NCBI GenBank assembly: GCA_046482545.1
Contig: JAWOEX010000035.1
Coordinates: 173,629 to 237,628 of the forward strand
Length of the DNA stretch: 64,000 nucleotides
DNA from: Candidatus Thorarchaeota archaeon
Lineage (GTDB): Archaea > Asgardarchaeota > Thorarchaeia > Thorarchaeales > Thorarchaeaceae
Reading direction: 5' to 3'
Shown here: piece by piece, positions 60,140-64,000 of the stretch
Position numbering within the stretch: position 1 is the first letter of the stretch
How the letters are laid out: every line of letters starts with the position of its first letter
Notes under the pieces: generated by a model
What the model was told of the DNA's origin: nothing
What the model saw: only the letters and a program-made list of their open reading frames with translations
Databases searched by the model: none
Made by a program: the position numbers and the translations under genes

Positions 60140-62137
60140 CTATTCAATAATATGCCCTTCTCCTGGCGGAAGAACTCTCATTATCTCCTGTTCTGGTGTT
60201 CTGCTTACGATTCTTGCTTGACCTTCTGGTAGCATTTCTTCGAAGCGATGAAGAATGGATTTTACTAGATCACTCTTCTTGCGTCTACCAGGGCCTACTT
60301 TAATATTGTACTTCGTATGAGCCTCTACTGCTGTGTAGGGACCTGACATGGGCACAGCATGTTCTCCTTCAAAGAGCAATCCTACGGCCAATTCGATGCC
60401 GATATTTTCTATATAGTTCTTTGAACCGTATATCATTACTGCACCTGATGGAAGATACTCTCCAGAGGGAGGGGTGAAACTCACTTGACTTGGCTCCACC
60501 CAATAGGCATCCGCACTCACAAGGTTTTCCTGCCAAGCTTTTGAGAATGTGATTGAGAATTTCCCAGCTTCTTTGAGGGTCATTTCTCCTGGTTGTTCAT
60601 CTGGGACCTTTACGATGACGTAGGGAGCACCATGCACTGCAGCGTGTATGAAGATGTCATTTGGGCCTAAGTGTTTCTTAGCCAGTTCTTCATTTGTTTT
60701 GGCATCTCTTCCGCCTAAGACTAGATGACCTTCAGATGATTTGAACCAGCGGTATTTTTCATACCACTGTTTGCGTCTGATTTTTACTGGCTTCTTCTCT
60801 TCAACAGGTTCAATCTGGTTCTCATCAAGGCTTTGGAGCCCTTTTTTGGTCTTTTCTATTTGCTCTCTTGCACCTTTCATCTTCCCTTCAATCTTTTTCG
60901 CCTTATTGTACAATTTTGAGGCATTCTGTTGGATGCTTTTTTGCATATCTAACTTGGCTCTTTTGTTGTCTATTTCTATGATGATCTCCCCTTTTGCAGG
61001 TCGTATCTCAGTAATCATCTTAGCTGATGGAATGTCACTCTTCTTTCCCTCCTCTATTCGTTCCTGAATTTTGTTCCAAGGAACACCATCAGACCTTGCT
61101 TGCTCAATAGTATGCAGTATTTCTGCTATTTCCTGAAAATTCGCGTACATTGCCTCACCAGTTTCTCGCAGTAGAATGGCTTCGTCTGCTAGCTCATCCA
61201 GGTTCTCTTCCTGTTTCTCGATAATAGTTTGCAGTCTTTCTCTCTCTTCTTTCAGAGCTTCCTCTTTCTTGTCTATCTCTTTCTCTATCTCGGGGAATCC
61301 AAAGAATTCGTCAATGGCCTGACTATACGATTCAAATATCTCCTGTGGCATGTCAACATACATCTGAAATCTGAATGGGACGAAAGAAATGTATTCACCG
61401 TCTTTGTCGAGAATTATCCTTGGTTCATTTGCCCCCTCTTCTATTTTTTTGAGGTATTTCCTGAACCCACGAAGCAAGTCCGAGATTTGCTTGTTTGTCA
61501 TGTTCTCAACTGATTCGGTTGGGGAAATTCCTGCTAAGGCACATACTTCTTCACAACTCAAGGAATCTACATTGAATCCACGTGTCAATGTTCGTATCAG
61601 ACTGGCATTGGAATTTTGTATCACACCTTCCAGATTTTCTAGCTCCACCGCCAGTATATCCCGCCCCCTCTGCGGGGGAAACTGGTAAACTGCATTGGGA
61701 ATGACATTACGATCTCTCATCTTCTTGTAATGGAGAGCAATGAATATCTCGTCATCAGGGTCCACGAGTATAACATTACCTTTGCCAAACAGCTCAACAA
61801 TAAGCTTGTAGCTGTTTTCTTCTCCTCCCACTTCGAAAATCACTATTCTGTCCAAATCATATTGTTCGATGTTTGTAATTACGCGATTCCTGAGGTATTT
61901 TCGAAGCACCATGCAAAATTCGGGAGGAAACCGGGGAGCATCTCTGCGATACCTTGTAAGATGTAGTCTACAGCCCGGTTCAATGAGAATCTGTCGGGTT
62001 CCTACGGATGATTTGTGCACTTTCAGAACAAAGGTGCCATTATACTGATAGACATTGTTTATGAAGGCACCATGGGCCACTTCTCTTATCTCGGGAAGGA
62101 TTGCCCGAATGTCTGTGTTACTCATCGACTCCTTCAT
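60140..62137 (-). CDS. rqcH: Ribosome quality control protein RqcH/NEMF (NFACT)
   Basis: MSNTDI, DRIV, ELFGKGN, WYEKYRWF, GGRDA..NE, GEYL..G. Confidence 0.92.
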   Translation of the reverse strand: MKESMSNTDIRAILPEIREVAHGAFINNVYQYNGTFVLKVHKSSVGTRQILIEPGCRLHLTRYRRDAPRFPPEFCMVLRKYLRNRVITNIEQYDLDRIVIFEVGGEENSYKLIVELFGKGNVILVDPDDEIFIALHYKKMRDRNVIPNAVYQFPPQRGRDILAVELENLEGVIQNSNASLIRTLTRGFNVDSLSCEEVCALAGISPTESVENMTNKQISDLLRGFRKYLKKIEEGANEPRIILDKDGEYISFVPFRFQMYVDMPQEIFESYSQAIDEFFGFPEIEKEIDKKEEALKEERERLQTIIEKQEENLDELADEAILLRETGEAMYANFQEIAEILHTIEQARSDGVPWNKIQERIEEGKKSDIPSAKMITEIRPAKGEIIIEIDNKRAKLDMQKSIQQNASKLYNKAKKIEGKMKGAREQIEKTKKGLQSLDENQIEPVEEKKPVKIRRKQWYEKYRWFKSSEGHLVLGGRDAKTNEELAKKHLGPNDIFIHAAVHGAPYVIVKVPDEQPGEMTLKEAGKFSITFSKAWQENLVSADAYWVEPSQVSFTPPSGEYLPSGAVMIYGSKNYIENIGIELAVGLLFEGEHAVPMSGPYTAVEAHTKYNIKVGPGRRKKSDLVKSILHRFEEMLPEGQARIVSRTPEQEIMRVLPPGEGHIIE

Positions 62138-62209
62138 TATATATAGTCATCAGACCGAGGCTTTTATAACACAGTCGATTACCGATTCACATCAGACAGG
62201 TGATTCCAA

Positions 62210-62572
62210 ATGGACCCCCTTAGCTCAGTCTTTCACGTTCTCTTTGGCAGATGGAAGGACGACCCAAAAGACTTGAATTATTACATCAAAATCTTCTTTG
62301 CCTGTATTAGTGCGGTAGTCTGCGGTATTGCTGGACCTGCTTTTGCAGGAACGAGAGGGATTGTTTTCGGCCTACTGATTTACATCATCAGCCTATATGT
62401 ACTGGTCTACATCATGGACATGGATCCAGAAGCACTTGGCAGTTACCAGAAACTGGTGACAGATTCCCTGCCCAGTTACCTATTATTATGGGTACTTCTG
62501 TGGACTCTCATCTATGCCTTCACATTGCCATCGTCAGTAGTTGAAAATTTGGCTTTCGCTCTTAGTATGTGA
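62210..62572 (+). CDS. EMC6/OPTI (Rab5ip)-like 3-TM membrane protein
   Basis: YYIKIFFACISAVVCG...MDPEALGSYQKLVTDSLPSYLLLWVLLWTLIY. Confidence 0.65.
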   Translation: MDPLSSVFHVLFGRWKDDPKDLNYYIKIFFACISAVVCGIAGPAFAGTRGIVFGLLIYIISLYVLVYIMDMDPEALGSYQKLVTDSLPSYLLLWVLLWTLIYAFTLPSSVVENLAFALSM

Positions 62573-62772
62573 CAGACGCTCACTACTAAGTTGCTCGTCT
62601 CTCTTTTTCGTATATCGAGTTTCCAATAGCTATGGTTTTCACATCACACACCTCACAGATACTGAATTTCTCAATTTCCTCACATAATATTACGAACCGG
62701 ACAATTCTTAATAGACTCCCAAGTAAGGGAATTATCGACTCAGTAGTATATCGCTTAGATGGTGTCTAGGAC

Positions 62773-63678
62773 ATGGAAGACATGGATGAACTAGACGGGA
62801 GACTGCTTCATCTCCTTCAGGAAGACGCAAGAAAACCCTTCACGCAGATTGCAGAAGAGCTAGATACTCCTGATACAACGATACATTTCAGGATTGACAC
62901 ACCAGAACCACCTGATGACGACCTCCCAGAGGCTGTCCTCGGTATCGACCTCGGCATCGAGAAAGCTGCCTGCACAACACTGGTGACCGCCAGGAGGGTC
63001 AGCAAGACCAAGTACTTCGTGCAGGAAGACAAAATCCAGCGTATCAAGGAGCTCGATGGTCTTGTGGCGCAGCTCCAGCACGAGATGCATACTCGGAAAA
63101 ACAACGGCAGCCCTCATGATGACCTAGCGGCTCGACTACGAGGACTGAAGGGCAAGCGTTATCGGGTATCAAAAGAGTATGACCGGTTCATGGTCAGTCA
63201 AATGCTCGATTACATCACCGAGCTGTCTGAGCGATACACCCTCTACGTGGCTATCGGGCGGCTCAAGAACATCAGGTACACTGCTCGACGCGGCAACTAC
63301 AAGGGCCGCAGGTTCAGGGGGATGATCCACTCCTGGGCGTTCGCACGCATCACCGAGAGCCTCAAGCACAACCTTGAGCAGCTCGGCTGGCCGGTCCAAG
63401 GCAAAGGCGCACGCTTTCAGGCAGTACCTGAGAGCTGGACCTCGATCATGTGCTGGAAGTGTGGCAACAAGGGTGTCAGGCCCAAGCAATCGCTGTTTGT
63501 CTGTCATAGCTGTGGCTTTCGCACCAATGCCGATAGGAACGGTTCGTTGAACATCGCACGTCGTTTGATTAAGCTCACTCCTTATCTAAGGGATGAGACA
63601 GGACTAGGGCGGTGGGCCACTCCCCCCACGGGAGAAGCGCCCAGCCCCGAAGGCTGTGAGGAAGACCCCGTCTTCTAA
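62773..63678 (+). CDS. Lrp/AsnC HTH fused in frame to the C-terminal half of an IS200/IS605/IS607-type TnpB
   Basis: aa 1-41 MDELDGRLLHLLQEDARKPFTQIAEEL..TIHFRI; then LGIDLG, CWKCG..CHSCG, NADRNGSLNIA. Confidence 0.8.
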   Translation: MEDMDELDGRLLHLLQEDARKPFTQIAEELDTPDTTIHFRIDTPEPPDDDLPEAVLGIDLGIEKAACTTLVTARRVSKTKYFVQEDKIQRIKELDGLVAQLQHEMHTRKNNGSPHDDLAARLRGLKGKRYRVSKEYDRFMVSQMLDYITELSERYTLYVAIGRLKNIRYTARRGNYKGRRFRGMIHSWAFARITESLKHNLEQLGWPVQGKGARFQAVPESWTSIMCWKCGNKGVRPKQSLFVCHSCGFRTNADRNGSLNIARRLIKLTPYLRDETGLGRWATPPTGEAPSPEGCEEDPVF

Positions 63679-64000
63679 GCAGAAGTCCTCACTCTCCAAA
63701 CAAGGGCCCCATCAGGCCCTGGAGAGTCCGCGGCTGTTCACCATGTCCAGACGGACCTCCTCAGCTACGGTGACAAGGCTGAGGTGGGTGATCATGACCA
63801 CGCCGTGGCAAGAACTGTGGAAGACCTCGCTGTCGCCGGGAGTGATGACCCGGAATGACGACAGGAGACAGAAGCCTGGACCGCGGGAGGAATCCTATTC
63901 CGGTGAACGTGGACAAAGCCCCTGCTAACTCAAGGGCCTATGGGTACCTTGGGAGCGGCGACGCTGGCTGGGGAAGGGTGGAACACAGAAGTTTCCTCAG
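62890..64000 (+). mobile_element. tnpB: Truncated tnpB element with candidate omega-RNA/right end
   Basis: Shift to GC-rich codons after ~62890; RuvC/Zn motifs; GC-rich tail to the window end. Confidence 0.7.

Noticed and set aside
1-64000. CRISPR array, cas genes or rRNA
   Set aside because: No regularly spaced repeats or rRNA signatures were seen; the RuvC ORF is TnpB-type

Overview
Gene-dense archaeal chromosomal segment, most consistent with an Asgard archaeon and probably Thorarchaeia. This is inferred from PolD together with Elf1, OSTC/DC2-like, PAC4-like, Vps29-like and EMC6/OPTI-like proteins. It is mostly housekeeping: replication and repair (DP2, RPA, RadB, XPD, Lhr, TopA, MutS-like), translation (aIF2a, S27e, L44e, Nop10, ProS, NOG1, RqcH), tRNA modification (Taw1, Trm5), folate/C1 metabolism (FolP, MptE, GcvT/H, GlyA), NAD, flavin and pyrimidine metabolism, and the proteasome. 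There are five tRNA genes, three of them with non-canonical BHB introns, including a triple-intron tRNA-Lys(CUU). Most notable: (i) a dispersed set of eukaryote-like ER translocon/oligosaccharyltransferase parts (STT3, OSTC/DC2, a 33-aa OST4-like micro-ORF missing from the ORF track, a WBP1/GIFT-like protein ending in KKxx, Sec61beta, EMC6/OPTI); (ii) an in-frame chimera of an Lrp/AsnC HTH with the C-terminal half of a TnpB that has a Fanzor-type rearranged RuvC site, followed by a GC-rich candidate omega-RNA/right end. No CRISPR array or rRNA was seen. All family calls come from motif recognition by eye; no database searches were run.
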